A stretch of 64,000 nt of DNA from Felis catus (taxonomy: Eukaryota), in assembly GCF_018350175.1 (NCBI RefSeq), contig NC_058368.1:27716001-27780000 (forward strand), read 5' to 3'. The notes beneath the pieces were generated by a model. It saw nothing but the letters and a program-made list of their open reading frames with translations, ran no database searches and was not told the DNA's origin. Below, piece after piece: positions 1-13,112 of the stretch (position 1 is the stretch's first letter; the number at the start of each line of letters is the position of its first letter). The translations under genes and the position numbers were made by a program.

Positions 1-1028
1 AAGTATGAGTTGAGCAATGTGGAATCCTATTCCCCTGTGCACTGATATCAGATAGTTTACATAGCACAAAGAGAAGGCAAAAAACGAGTTAATTTGGATT
101 TTATCATCCATCAGATGATTAGTTTTTTAAAACGACTATTGCTCACTCCATGATGGCTTGGATAATTGCTACAAAGTTCATCCCTTGGAACTTAAGTAGG
201 AAGACAGTGAAATACTCTGCCTTCTTCCCCGTAATAAAATTCACTGAACTACCTAAGGCAAAGAAATACAGCTGAGGCGTGGTTTCAGGACCGTATTTCT
301 AATCTGATAGGAGATTTTAAAACCAAAGAAATAAGCCTCCAGGAAGTCACACGGGGATAAGCCAAACAAAAATGCATTTTCAGTTTTTCGCTTCAACACG
401 TATTTTCAGTTGACTGACTGCCAGTAGCTGGAAAGCTGGTTCTGGCCTATGTCAAAGGCAGTGAAGTAAGTGCCCTTCATGGAGGCGTCCACCCCCGGAA
501 AATGGGAATCTACATCATGTAGGCTCGTCCAATGGTCACCCAGAGCGGCTTCCGCTGTTCAGGTGCCAGCTAGAGATAATCCCATGAAAGAAAAGCTGGC
601 GCCCGTACGCACACGTTATTTTCTGGAGCCAATGTACATTTTGTGCTTTTGTCTCTCGGAGCCAGAACAGCATAAACAATGCCAAACCCGGTTTTCTGAT
701 CATTTTCAGGCTGATTGAATCTGGCACATGACATGGTTTTATCTAATTAACCCACATGTGGTACAAAACAAAACAAATTTGAAACGGAAAGCTTTCTGCT
801 TTTATTGAAAGACGGAGGTGAATATGCAATTATTTTGTCCTTGTCTCTCAGCCAGATTTACAGTTGAGAGAGGAGGTCTTTTTCTACCAGATAGCAAAGC
901 AAGTTCTTTGTATTACCTGACTATTATAATTAGAATTTATGATGTTCGACATGTTCCCGAATCTGGCCCTTCCTTTTTCTCTCTCTGTTCCAAAAGGAGA
1001 AGAAATGTGTGGAAGACGTGTTCCTAAT

Positions 1029-1690
1029 TGTGGTATAAGAAGAAATATAGTTGGTCTTTGCCCCTGGTTCCTGTCACAGATCTCCTAAAACCCTCGGAAT
1101 TGCTTCAGCAATACCGAGGAGCATCTCTTGTTATCCAAACTAAATTGCTTTGGAGCAGTCTGAGTTTATGCTAATGAGTGGCTTAGGGTGGGGTCCCTGG
1201 ATAGCCTCAGGATAAGGGGGTCACAAAAACCAAGTAATTAGAAGGTTGCAAATTTCAGCCCCACCCACCAACCTCTGCGAAGGAGGAAGGGGCTGGAGGC
1301 TGCACCTTAGGCTGTTAAAAAGTGCTGAACTACGAGATTTGATGAGTTTCCAGGTCGGTGAACTCAGGAGCATCCTGCACCCCAGTTCTAAGGGGATAGA
1401 AACTCCTGTGCTTGGCACTCTTCTGGACTTTATCCTATGCACCTCTTTATCTGGCTGCTCATCTGTATCCTCTACAGCATCCTTCAGAGGAAACTGGTTA
1501 ACAAAAGTAAATGTTTCTCTGAGTTCTGTGACTTACTCTAGTAAATTAATCAAACCCAAGGAGGCAGTCTTAGGAACCTCCAAATTCTAGTCAGTCTATC
1601 AGAAGCACAGGTAACAACCTGGACTTGTATTTGGCATCTGAAGTGAGACTGAGGTTGCAATTTTGTGGGTCTGAGCCCTTGGCCTATGAG
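1029..1690 (+). mobile_element. MER21-like solo LTR
   Basis: Starts TGTGGTATAA and contains ggttcctgtcacagatctcctaaaaccc and ctgagtttatgctaatgag, which I recall from MER21. A related copy sits in reverse at 26475-27135. Right end approximate. Confidence 0.65.
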
Positions 1691-1785
1691 AGGTACAGAT
1701 ACGAAAAAGGGAAGATCAGAAAACCCCTGTGGTATTCAATCAGAATCAGTGTAAATTCCGTTTTATATTTATCTCATAGTCTATC

Positions 1786-2600
1786 TGTATAAGTTTCTAT
1801 TGCTACTATAAAATTACCACAAATTCAGTGACTTAAAACAACACTCATTTATTAATTGGCTCTTGGTTCTGTAGGTCAGAAATCCAAGGGAGTTCAGTTG
1901 GGTTCTATGTTCAAGGTCTCACAAGACTAACATCAAGGTGTCCGTCAGGCTAGGCTTTTATCTGGAGGCTCTGGGAAAGAATCTGTTTTGGTCAGGTTGT
2001 TGACAGAATTTAGTTCCTTGTGGTTGTAGGACTGAGGTCCCTGTTTCTTTCTGGCTGTCAGGGCCATTTTCGGCCACTGGAGGCCACCTGCATTCTTCAA
2101 CATATTGTCCCTTCATCTTTACCTTTAAGCCAGCAACATGTCAAACCTTCTTGTGCTTCACATCTTTGACTTCTCTTCTGCTTCCAGCTGAAGAAAACTC
2201 TCTACTTTTAAAGAACTCACCTGGGGCGCCTGGGTGGCGCAGTCGGTTAAGCGTCCGACTTCAGCCAGGTCACGATCTCGCAGTCCGTGAGTTCGAGCCC
2301 CACGTCAGGCTCTGGGCTGATGGCTCAGAGCCTGGAGCCTGTTTCCGATTCTGTGTCTCCCTCTCTCTCTGCCCCTCCCCCGTTCATGCTCTGTCTCTCT
2401 CTGTCCCAAAAATAAATAAACATTGAAAAAAAAAAATTAAAGAACTCACCTGAATAGGCAAGACTTACCTACCTGAAGCATCTGATTTGGGGCTTGAATG
2501 ATATCTGCAAAACCACTTAAGAGCAATACCTACATTAATGTTTGATTGAATAAATGAGAGACAAGAATCTTAGGGAAGCTATCTTTAGAATTCTTTTTTT
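1786..2600 (-). mobile_element. MLT1 (MaLR) LTR interrupted by a SINE
   Basis: Typical MLT1 antisense text (attgct...aaattaccacaaattcagtgacttaaaacaacac...ttctgtaggtcagaaatcc). Ends approximate. Confidence 0.65.
2223..2437 (+). mobile_element. Young felid Can-SINE (SINEC_Fc type)
   Basis: tRNA-derived head, CT-rich segment and A tail. 14-bp TSD taaagaactcacct (2209-2222 / 2438-2451). Confidence 0.95.
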
Positions 2601-2670
2601 TCCCATATTGTTATGGGAATCATGGGAATTAATCCCAATGGATTAAAATATCTGTATGGATGGATATGGA

Positions 2671-2673
<3 letters not shown>

Positions 2674-2709
<36 letters not shown>
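2674..2709. repeat. (TG)n microsatellite; others at ~5040-5111, 8327-8368, 13076-13109, 19281-19318, 35497-35536, 50499-50543 and 58373-58413; (TA)n at 7201-7240 and 11953-11990
   Basis: Directly visible; ends accurate to a few bases. Confidence 0.95.
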
Positions 2710-2711
<2 letters not shown>

Positions 2712-2719
2712 TTCCTATG

Positions 2720-3835
2720 CATGTCTTTGGAAAGAGCTTAGAAACAATGATACCCCAGTAAAAATATATACACCTTGCACTCAAATGGTTTCTAAATATC
2801 ATTCCTCACTAAATGGAGAGAGGGTTTCTTGGATAATTGTATGGTTGAAGCAGGAAAAGTACAAGATAAGCCTGGAACATCTTGTAACAGAAAGTAAGGA
2901 AGTACTCAAAAAATGATGGGGACAGGTCAAAAGTATCAGGAGCCAGCATGAAGGGATTTCTCATTGGCCAAATGTGGCAATCTAAATAAATAATGATAAT
3001 AATGGATTATAACCCATTGAATAAAATAGATACCCATGAGTCCTTATTTGTATAAATGGATATATAAGGGAAAAGAGAAAACTCTTCCTTAAAGCAGAAT
3101 GTCACCTAATAAGTGTTGAAGAGATGACGGAGCCAGAATTAATTTTGCAATCACAAATGATTCAGGAAAAAAATATCAGTGGATGTTAAAACCAGTGTGT
3201 AAAAGTCTGATGAGGAAAGGGATATTTACATAGTCTCAGAGTATCTTCCCACAGATGACAGACCAGTTGCTTATTAATTATTCATTAAGTATACAATGGA
3301 GAAATTGAACATGTACTATTTTCAGCAAATGATAATAGCATGACCAATATTGGAATAAACTGCCATAATACATTTCCCAATCTGATGTACTGAGGAAAAA
3401 AGACAACCTCTGTTGTATTTCTGCCAAAATGCATAGCTTTATTGGAATCTTGAGGAACCATCAGACAAACCTTTGCAAAGAACACTGCAGAATTACTGGC
3501 CTGTACTCTTCAAAAAATGTCAAGGTCACTAGCAACAAGGAAAAATCGGGAACAGGTCTAGCTTGAAAGAGATAAGAGTCACGACAGCTAGATTCTTCTA
3601 GACTGGATCTTTGATCACAAAGAAAGGGGGAATGGGGGAAAACGTTTGCTCTTTGTTTGCTTAGTTATGAAGGATTTTTTGAGGCAAGTGGTAAAATTTA
3701 AGTGGCATATGTGGCCTAGATGGTAGTATGGTATCGATGTTAATTTCATGATTTTTATGTGTATACTATGGTTATGTCGAAAAGTGTCTCCATTTTTAGG
3801 AAATGCATGCTCAAGTATTTACGTGTAATGGGGCT
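2720..3835 (+). mobile_element. Old L1M (L1MC-like) 3' region
   Basis: Degenerate A-rich sequence with motifs typical of old L1 3' UTRs. Subfamily and ends uncertain. Confidence 0.5.
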
Positions 3836-3837
3836 GT

Positions 3838-4296
3838 GTGTTGCTGAAGGTTGAATTGCGATCCCCCGAAGAGATAATGTTGAAGATCTAACCCTATCCC
3901 TGTGAATGTGTCCTCATTTGGAAATGGGATCTTTGCAGATATAATCAAGGTAAACTTGAAGGCATACTGGTTAGGGTGGGCCCTAAATACAATGACTGGT
4001 GTCCTTATAAGGAGAGAGAGATTTAGAGGCACATGGACACACAAGGAAGGCCATGTGATGGCAGAGGCAGAGATAGGAGTGATACAGCTACAAGTTAAGG
4101 ATTTCCAACAAATACCAGAAGCTAGAAGGCAAACACAGAACACATTGTCCCTCAGAGTATCCAGAAGGAACCAACCCTGTCAACACCTTGATTCCAAGCT
4201 TCCAGCCTCCAGAAATGTAAGAGAATACATTTCTGCTGCTTCAAGCCACCCAGTTTATGGTACTTTTGTTACAACAGCCCTAGGAAACTAAGATAA
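3838..4296 (+). mobile_element. MLT1B/C-like MaLR LTR
   Basis: gaatgtg...atttggaaat.gg.tctttgcagat, ggccatgtga.ggcagaggcagagat and aagccacccagtttatggtac...acagccctaggaaactaa hallmarks. Confidence 0.8.
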
Positions 4297-4488
4297 ATCA
4301 AATCACTTGCTTGCTATTAACAGCAGCATCTTATGTATATGATTTTCTGAACTTGAGTATTTAAGAGGAACTGAAAGAGCTATACAATAATGTATTTCCA
4401 TGTACATATAAAAATATTTGTTCTTTCTCTATGCACATATCTTTTATCCACATACCAATGGAAGTCTTGCAAGTGATGTCACTGTGTC

Positions 4489-4823
4489 TGCTGTGGTCAG
4501 AATATGTGTGTTAGGGTTGAAATCCTAACCCCCAAAGGTGATGGCATTAGTGGGTAGGCCTTTAGAAAGGCAGCTAGGTCATGTAGGTAGAACCCTCATG
4601 AAGGGGCTTAGTGCTTTTATAACAGAGATTGACAGAGCTTTCTCCGCTCCTTTTGCTATGTGAAGATACAAAACAAGAAGTCTTACCCAGAAGGCCCCCA
4701 CCTGACCATGCTGGCACTTTGATCTCGGACTTCCAGGCTCTGGAACTGTAAGCAGTACATTTCTGTCTATAAGCCACCCAGTCTGCGGTATTTTGTTCTA
4801 GTAGGCCCAAACGGACTATGTCA
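4489..4823 (+). mobile_element. MLT1A-like MaLR LTR
   Basis: ccatgctggcac.ttgatct.ggacttcc.g and tataagccacccagtct..ggtattttgtt hallmarks. Confidence 0.75.
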
Positions 4824-5130
4824 GTATCTTTTAATTTTTATTTTCTTACTGGATAGTATCTCCTTTAAAATGCCCAATACGATGAAGCAGAGTAAGATAG
4901 TGCAGAGGGTAGTAGAGAATTAGAGGAATTCGATTTGAAGCCTACTTTGGGAACTGACATAACACAGGTAAAAATGCCTAACCATGTCTGACACACAGCA
5001 GTATGTACCCAGTAAATGTATATGTAAATATGTGCACGCACACACACACACACACACGTGTGTGTGTGTGTGTTGTGTGTGTGTGTGTTGTGTGTGTGTG
5101 TGTGTGTGTGTAAGAATTCTTATGCAATAC

Positions 5131-5321
5131 GGGGCGCCTGGGTGGCGCAGCCGGTTAAGCGTCCGACTTCAGCCAGGTCACGATCTCGCGGTCCGTGGGT
5201 TCGAGCCCCGCGTCGGGCTCTGGGCTGATGGCTCGGAGCCTGGAGCCTGTTTCCGATTCTGTGTCTCCCTCTCTCTCTGCCCCTCCCCCGTTCATGCTCT
5301 GTCTCTCTCTGTCCCAAAAAA

Positions 5322-5360
<39 letters not shown>

Positions 5361-5372
5361 ACAAACGTTGAA
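5131..5372 (+). mobile_element. Young SINEC_Fc-type SINE with (AAAT)n tail
   Basis: CpG-intact body. 18-bp TSD aagaattcttatgcaata (5112-5129 / 5373-5390). Confidence 0.95.
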
Positions 5373-6008
5373 AAGAATTCTTATGCAATAGTTCTGAATT
5401 GCTTGCTTGAAATTAAAGATCAAGAAACTAACATTCTTCACAGGTTGTGTCAGGGTAAATAATGAGATAATAAATGGAAAATTTCTTTTTAACCTTGAAC
5501 CTCTCCTGCAGAGAACATTTACATTATCTGTAAAAATGCTACCATCACACTACTGCATGCTTACGATACTATTTATAGATCCAGATTATTGGGTATGCCA
5601 TTGTTAACTTGTTAAGTAATAAGTATAAAAAACAAAAACCTTTATGATTTCCAGTGTGGAAGGATCACATTTGGCCCTGAAGTCATGTAAAAGCAAATGG
5701 GGAAGAGTGGTTGTACACAGAGGGAAACAGGTTCAGAGAGTCGCATAATTCGCTCAAGGTCATGCCGCTTTTAAGAAGAGACAACATGGGGAACTTTTCT
5801 TGTTTAAAATTCCTAAAGTGCCCGTGTCACTCATCTCTTTGGAACACATCCTAGCCAGAAGTAAACACTGGTTTGAAGCAGAGATTGTTGATGGTACCAG
5901 AGAACGAATCCACCTATTACTATCATAACAGAATACTTTTGTTTGCTTCATTTATTTTCCCAGCGGGTTGAACATTCCTCTTGGCATATTCCGTAACTCA
6001 GGAGCATG

Positions 6009-6325
6009 TTTTTTTTTTTAATTTTTTTAATGTTTTTTAATTTACTTTTGAGACAGAGAGAGACAGAGCATGAGCAGGGGAGGGGCAGAGAGAGAGGGAG
6101 ACACAGAATCTGAAGCAGGCTCCAGGCTCTGAGCCGTCAGCACAGAGCCCAACGCGGGGCTAGAACTCATGAACTGCGAGATCATGATCTGAGCCGAAGT
6201 CGATCGCTTAACCGACTGAGCCACTCAGGCGCCCCTTTTTAATTTTGTTTTAATGTTTTTTTTTTTATTTATTTTTGAGACAGAGACAGACAGAGCATGA
6301 GCAGGGGAGGGGCAGAGAGAGAGAG
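6009..6325 (-). mobile_element. Compound Can-SINE: full-length element (to 6235) plus a 5'-truncated element (6236-6325); left anchor of the duplication
   Basis: Both parts lie within one TSD, aggagcatgtttttttt (6000-6016 / 6326-6342). Confidence 0.9.
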
Positions 6326-7197
6326 AGGAGCATGTTTTTTTTCTTGGATTAAATACACCCCCTAAAAGGGAATAACAGCATGATGATGCAAGGCCATTTG
6401 CGTCTGAAAAGCATTGCTGACAAACACAACTAGGAAATACAAAACACTGGTTTTTTTGTTAGGGTCCCGACTTCGTGTCTTGTGGCAGCCTCTGTGTGAA
6501 TATGTGAGGTTTTGAGACCAAATCTACTGGGTTGTTTTAATCTACCTTGAGCAGTAAAGAACCCCTATCTAGTACTGACAGAGTACAAACTGTGCCACTT
6601 CCCGCACATTTTTCTTGTTCTTCCTACTTTACAGCCGTGATAAGTTACTGAATGCACAAGGGAGTATGGCTGATGTGGGCTTGCTCTTCAAAATACTTTT
6701 ATTTCTATAACACTGTGCCACAAAACTCACGTCATCAAGCTGACGTCCCCATATTCCAGCCACAAGAACAGTGTGAGCTTCTCAGGGTCAGCTGCACGGG
6801 GGGGCCAAGCAGAACCCACAGAATCTCTGACAAACAGATTTCCCAGATGTGTGTTCAGAAGGAGTTTTGAAAGCACTGCCGGACCAGAAATTTCTTACGT
6901 CGGTAAACAATGTTTATATCCTTACCTTTTCCACAGTCTCCTAAAAAGTGTCAGGTATTCCATTCATGGAACAGCCTGTGTTTTAGTACACTCTGTGTGC
7001 ATATTTTGTTGTCCTTTGTTCACAGGCCAGCCAATGAGTCTGCTCTATGTGGTACAACACCTACTCTATCACAAACCTCAAAAAAAAAAAAAAAAAACCC
7101 CGAATTGTTGTTCTGCGAGCAGCCAGCACTTAGTCTAGGCCTAATGTTCTGAGAAATGACCTACGGGAAGCAATACAAAATATAAGTTCAAGACTCT

Positions 7198-7257
<60 letters not shown>

Positions 7258-7392
7258 CAGTCTTCTAAGCTCTTGTTTTGTTACAGTTTAGTAACCTCTC
7301 TGTAATGTCCTTCTGGACAAAAAGCAAGCCAAGAGCTGCTCCTAAAGGAGCTGATAAGGATACCTTATGAACTGTAGTGTTGTTTTTCATCC

Positions 7393-7572
7393 ACAGTGCT
7401 GATTCTCAACCTTGGCTGTACATGGGAATCCCTGGCAAGTATGTAAAACCCCCAGTGTCCATGCCATACCCCAGACCAATGAAATTGGAAATCTGGGGTG
7501 GGACCCAAGCCTCAGTGATTCTAAAGCTCTCCAAGTGATTCCAAAGTATAGCCAACATTGAGAACCACTGAG
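7393..7572. mobile_element. MER5-type hAT DNA transposon remnant (second copy ~12142-12321)
   Basis: Terminal inverted repeats cagtg...ttctcaa / ttgagaaccactg, with the internal aagctctccaagtgattc motif. Confidence 0.75.
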
Positions 7573-7909
7573 CTAGAATATAAAGAGTTGGTTCACCAAC
7601 TGCAGTGTTGGTCAACAGCTTTTCCACCTTGTCTGTGATTGTGTTCCTGATCGGACTTGAGTTTCGGAGGTTCGGGTATGTCTGTTTGTTCTTACACTCT
7701 CAGTGTTCACCCCACACCACCAAAACATTGGCCTGACTCGCTAATGCCCACTCCTGGATACCTATACATTCTTACTAACTCATGGGCTTAGATCTGGAGT
7801 AAGCAGGGAGAGAATTCTAGTTCTCCTTCGATATTGATGTTTCTCTTCCATAGTGATAAAATTCCTTCTATAATTTAAAACTAGGGAAAAGGACACCCAA
7901 ATTCTCTTT

Positions 7910-8323
7910 TCTGTTTAAACTCACTTTCTAGGTAGTCTCATCCAACCACTTGACTTTAAAAACATTTCATAAGCTAATGAGTTCCGAACTTGTATCTTTA
8001 GTCTGGACATCTTCCTTGAAACCACACTTGAACTTCAACAGCTTACTCTACTTGGATGTCTAATAGGCTCTTAAAACTCGACATGTCCAAACGTGAGCTC
8101 ATGACAATACCCTTCCTCACCACCAATACCAGAAACACCCGTCTCACAGCCTTCCCTAACTTCATTGATGGTAACTCTATCTTCTAAGGCTGAAAACCTA
8201 CATATCATCCTTGACTCTTTTTCTACAAGTCAAATCCAATCTGTTTCTGTTCATCCTACACTTAAAATCCTGTTCATTATACTTTTAAAATATATCAAGA
8301 ATCTAGGCATTTCTCACCACCTC

Positions 8324-8371
<48 letters not shown>

Positions 8372-8750
8372 ACGTGTGCACATGTGTACATGCCAACATC
8401 ATTTCTTATCTGGATTATTGCAGCTGCCTCTCAACTTGCCTCCCTGTTTCTACTCTTGCTTTCCTTCCTATCTATTCTCAAAATATCGGTGAGAGTGACC
8501 TTGTTAAGACATGCTATATCATGTTACTCCCCTGCACCAAATCCTCCAAATGCTTCCCATTTCATGCAGAGTAAAAGCCAAAAGCTTTACTATGACTTAA
8601 AGGACCCTACATGGTCTGGCCCCATATTAGGCTTTTATCCTCATTTCCTAGTACTCTCTCCTTCTGCTCACATCAAACTTTTTGTTGTTTATCAAAGACA
8701 GACATTCTCTCACTTCAGGATATTTGACTATATTCCATTTGCTCAAGGCT
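7910..8750 (+). mobile_element. L2 LINE remnant containing a (TG)n (second copy ~12660-13490)
   Basis: Degenerate L2 3' text (tctcatcca...ctttaaa...gctaatga, cttggatgtctaatagg, ctggattattgcagc.gcctc). Ends approximate. Confidence 0.7.
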
Positions 8751-9020
8751 GAAATTCAGCTGGGTTTCAACATGGGGCCCTAGGGAATGTTTTTGAACTG
8801 TATTAGCTTTTATTGGGTGGGACACATGCTGTGATTGGTCAGTACCTGTGTCATATTGGTTGTTTAATGTTTTGAGTATCAACACGCTCTTCCTGTACCC
8901 TTGCATCCATGAGATCCCTACTGAGAGGTCACAAGAAGATATTCCCTGGCCACCCTATCTAAAATTTCATACAGATTTTACTTCCCATTCAATTTCCACT
9001 TTAATTTTTCTCCTTGTACT

Positions 9021-10680
9021 TGTATTCGTTGTCCATTGCTGCATCATGTATTACCCCCAACATATAGTGGCTTAAAAAAAACATTCAGTATGTGTTTCCC
9101 CCAACAGTTTCTGGAAGGCAGAAATTCAGGAGCAGCTTGGCTGTGTGGTTCGTGTTCACGTTGCACCAAGATGTCAGCTAGAGTTAGGGTCATCGTGATA
9201 GGGGCTGGAGGTTACACCAGATGGTCGCCTTCAAAGTTGGAGGAAACTACTTAAGGGCAAGAATAGCAGAACACAAGAATCATTAGAGGCCACCTTGGAG
9301 ACCAGCTACCACAATACGACCACTGGTCCCCACAGGTTCACATGCAAGTTATCCTCATCTCCTCCCAAGACCCCCTCCCCCCAAGTCTCATGCCATTACA
9401 GCATCAGCTCAAAATCTAGACTCTTGTTATCTAAAGCAAGTCTGGTGCAGGTGAGACTCCACACATGTAGTTCTTGCGTATAGCTCATCCAGTATGGTTT
9501 CTCTTGACCTGAGACCTGTGAAGTAAAGGGTCAAGTTATCTGCTTCCAACGTATCCCACATAAAGTGGTAGGATGTGCATAGGATAACCAGTATAGGTGT
9601 TTATTCAAAGGGGGAAAATGGGAGGAAGTTGGTGCCATTGGGCTATAGCGATTTTAAAATCCAGCAAGATAGGGGTTGGTACTTCCTTGATTAGGACTCA
9701 AGGCATGAGAATAATTGTTTGTGGCATTTGGCTACACATTGTGGGCTTTAAGTTCTGCCCTTTGAGTTATGTTTCCTTTTCCATGAAAAACAACCCATGT
9801 ATGTGGTTGCTGGTGTTCCCCGCCTGATCTCTGTCATAATGAGACTTTTCATTTCATCATGAATCTGTCCCTTTCAGTCCAAACTGGTGGTATTTCTGAA
9901 AATACAATTGTCCTAAAAAGTCTGAGGGGTTTTTTATAAATCTTACTTGGGCTTATCCCATTGGACAAAAACCATATCTTGTCTTCTGTCTTCTTTGGTC
10001 TTCTGCCAGACTGTTAAAGGACAACATTTTTAAGCTTCTGAAAGTTTTATTCTTTGACTGAATGGTTCCTTGAGATATTTATTTCCTTGGATCGTTCTGA
10101 TGTCTTCTTAACGAAGGAATTAATAGCCACTCTCGCATTTTCCACTTTAAATCAGGCTTTCATGATGGTTCTCTGATTTGATCTCTTCCTGGAGCCAATT
10201 CTTAACCTTAGCATAGTTTGCCATTTACAGAGGTTGAGAACTACCAAAATCAGCAATTCCTAGCTCCTTTTTGGGCAATAACCTTTCATTTAGGTTATCT
10301 CTATCTTCCCACATCTTACTATAAGCAGCAAGAATGAATCAGGCAGGACCTTCCACATTCTGCCTGGCTATCTCCTTACCCAGCTCACTTAGGTCATTAG
10401 GTACCTTTGCTTCCCACGTCACCACAGGTAACGGTGCTGCTATCTAACACCAAATAACAGGGACCCCTTCTATAATGTTCCTAAACTTGTGCCAGCATTG
10501 TCCTCAAAGACTTTCCAGCTCCTGCCCTCAGACCAGTTCTGAAGCCAAGCCCATGTTTTCATTTTAGACTGCACCACACTTCCAGGTGCTATAATCTATA
10601 AGTTGTTTCCTGCTGCATTACAATTTATCCCAAATTTGGGGTAGGAAGCGAGAATCACTGGAGGCTGGCTTGAAATCTGA
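9021..10680. mobile_element. Old MaLR (MLT1 LTR fragments plus probable internal sequence; second copy ~13762-15420)
   Basis: MLT1-like ends (attgctgc...attacccc.aac.tagtggcttaaaa) bracket internal-like sequence. Subfamily unsure. Confidence 0.5.
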
Positions 10681-10774
10681 TTACCTCAGTATTTAACAGT
10701 ATCTAACACATTACATATTTTACTTACTTGCTTTGTGAGTTGCCCATCTAGAATGAAAGAATGTGGCAGAGGGA

Positions 10775-10987
10775 TTTTTTTTTTAATGTTTATCTATTTT
10801 AGAGACAGAGAGAGACAGAGCATGAGCAGGGGAGGGGCAGAGAGAGAGGGAGACACAGAATCTGAAGCAGGCTCCAGGCTCTGAGCCGTCAGCACAGAGC
10901 CCAACGCGGGGCTAGAACTCATGAACTGCGAGATCATGATCTGAGCCGAAGTCGATCGCTTAACCGACTGAGCCACTCAGGCGCCCC
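10775..10987 (-). mobile_element. Chimeric Can-SINE at the duplication junction
   Basis: Its left part and flank equal the SINE at 15515; its right part and flank equal the SINE at 6009. The TSDs on its two sides do not match each other. Confidence 0.93.
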
Positions 10988-11949
10988 TTTTTAATTTTGT
11001 TTTAATGTTTTTTTTTTTATTTATTTTTGAGACAGAGACAGACAGAGCATGAGCAGGGGAGGGGCAGAGAGAGAGAGAGGAGCATGTTTTTTTTCTTGGA
11101 TTAAATACACCCCCTAAAAGGGAATAACAGCATGATGATGCAAGGCCATTTGCGTCTGAAAAGCATTGCTGACAAACACAACTAGGAAATACAAAACACT
11201 GGTTTTTTTGTTAGGGTCCCGACTTCGTGTCTTGTGGCAGCCTCTGTGTGAATATGTGAGGTTTTGAGACCAAATCTACTGGGTTGTTTTAATCTACCTT
11301 GAGCAGTAAAGAACCCCTATCTAGTACTGACAGAGTACAAACTGTGCCACTTCCCGCACATTTTTCTTGTTCTTCCTACTTTACAGCCGTGATAAGTTAC
11401 TGAATGCACAAGGGAGTATGGCTGATGTGGGCTTGCTCTTCAAAATACTTTTATTTCTATAACACTGTGCCACAAAACTCACGTCATCAAGCTGACGTCC
11501 CCATATTCCAGCCACAAGAACAGTGTGAGCTTCTCAGGGTCAGCTGCACGGGGGGGCCAAGCAGAACCCACAGAATCTCTGACAAACAGATTTCCCAGAT
11601 GTGTGTTCAGAAGGAGTTTTGAAAGCACTGCCGGACCAGAAATTTCTTACGTCGGTAAACAATGTTTATATCCTTACCTTTTCCACAGTCTCCTAAAAAG
11701 TGTCAGGTATTCCATTCATGGAACAGCCTGTGTTTTAGTACACTCTGTGTGCATATTTTGTTGTCCTTTGTTCACAGGCCAGCCAATGAGTCTGCTCTAT
11801 GTGGTACAACACCTACTCTATCACAAACCTCAAAAAAAAAAAAAAAAAACCCCGAATTGTTGTTCTGCGAGCAGCCAGCACTTAGTCTAGGCCTAATGTT
11901 CTGAGAAATGACCTACGGGAAGCAATACAAAATATAAGTTCAAGACTCT

Positions 11950-12006
<57 letters not shown>

Positions 12007-13072
12007 CAGTCTTCTAAGCTCTTGTTTTGTTACAGTTTAGTAACCTCTCTGTAATGTCCTTCTGGACAAAAAGCAAGCCAAGAGCTGCTCCTAAAGGAGC
12101 TGATAAGGATACCTTATGAACTGTAGTGTTGTTTTTCATCCACAGTGCTGATTCTCAACCTTGGCTGTACATGGGAATCCCTGGCAAGTATGTAAAACCC
12201 CCAGTGTCCATGCCATACCCCAGACCAATGAAATTGGAAATCTGGGGTGGGACCCAAGCCTCAGTGATTCTAAAGCTCTCCAAGTGATTCCAAAGTATAG
12301 CCAACATTGAGAACCACTGAGCTAGAATATAAAGAGTTGGTTCACCAACTGCAGTGTTGGTCAACAGCTTTTCCACCTTGTCTGTGATTGTGTTCCTGAT
12401 CGGACTTGAGTTTCGGAGGTTCGGGTATGTCTGTTTGTTCTTACACTCTCAGTGTTCACCCCACACCACCAAAACATTGGCCTGACTCGCTAATGCCCAC
12501 TCCTGGATACCTATACATTCTTACTAACTCATGGGCTTAGATCTGGAGTAAGCAGGGAGAGAATTCTAGTTCTCCTTCGATATTGATGTTTCTCTTCCAT
12601 AGTGATAAAATTCCTTCTATAATTTAAAACTAGGGAAAAGGACACCCAAATTCTCTTTTCTGTTTAAACTCACTTTCTAGGTAGTCTCATCCAACCACTT
12701 GACTTTAAAAACATTTCATAAGCTAATGAGTTCCGAACTTGTATCTTTAGTCTGGACATCTTCCTTGAAACCACACTTGAACTTCAACAGCTTACTCTAC
12801 TTGGATGTCTAATAGGCTCTTAAAACTCGACATGTCCAAACGTGAGCTCATGACAATACCCTTCCTCACCACCAATACCAGAAACACCCGTCTCACAGCC
12901 TTCCCTAACTTCATTGATGGTAACTCTATCTTCTAAGGCTGAAAACCTACATATCATCCTTGACTCTTTTTCTACAAGTCAAATCCAATCTGTTTCTGTT
13001 CATCCTACACTTAAAATCCTGTTCATTATACTTTTAAAATATATCAAGAATCTAGGCATTTCTCACCACCTC

Positions 13073-13112
<40 letters not shown>

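Larger units (their letters stand above)
6050..10801 (+). repeat. Tandem segmental duplication, copy 1 (4752 bp)
   Basis: The sequence recurs immediately downstream. The ORF track repeats with offsets 4752, 4749 and 4741. Confidence 0.97.

Noticed and set aside
1..1020. Possible start of the neighbouring gene (DNAJC15 by recalled human synteny)
   Set aside because: No CpG island or recognisable exon here, only a few CpGs at ~480-670.
2223..2300. tRNA-like A/B boxes at SINE heads
   Set aside because: They are tRNA-derived SINE promoters followed by CT-rich segments and A tails, not tRNA genes.
8165..8752. Longest ORF in the track (195 aa)
   Set aside because: Non-ATG start, runs through an L2 remnant and a (TG)n tract, and is frameshifted in the second copy.
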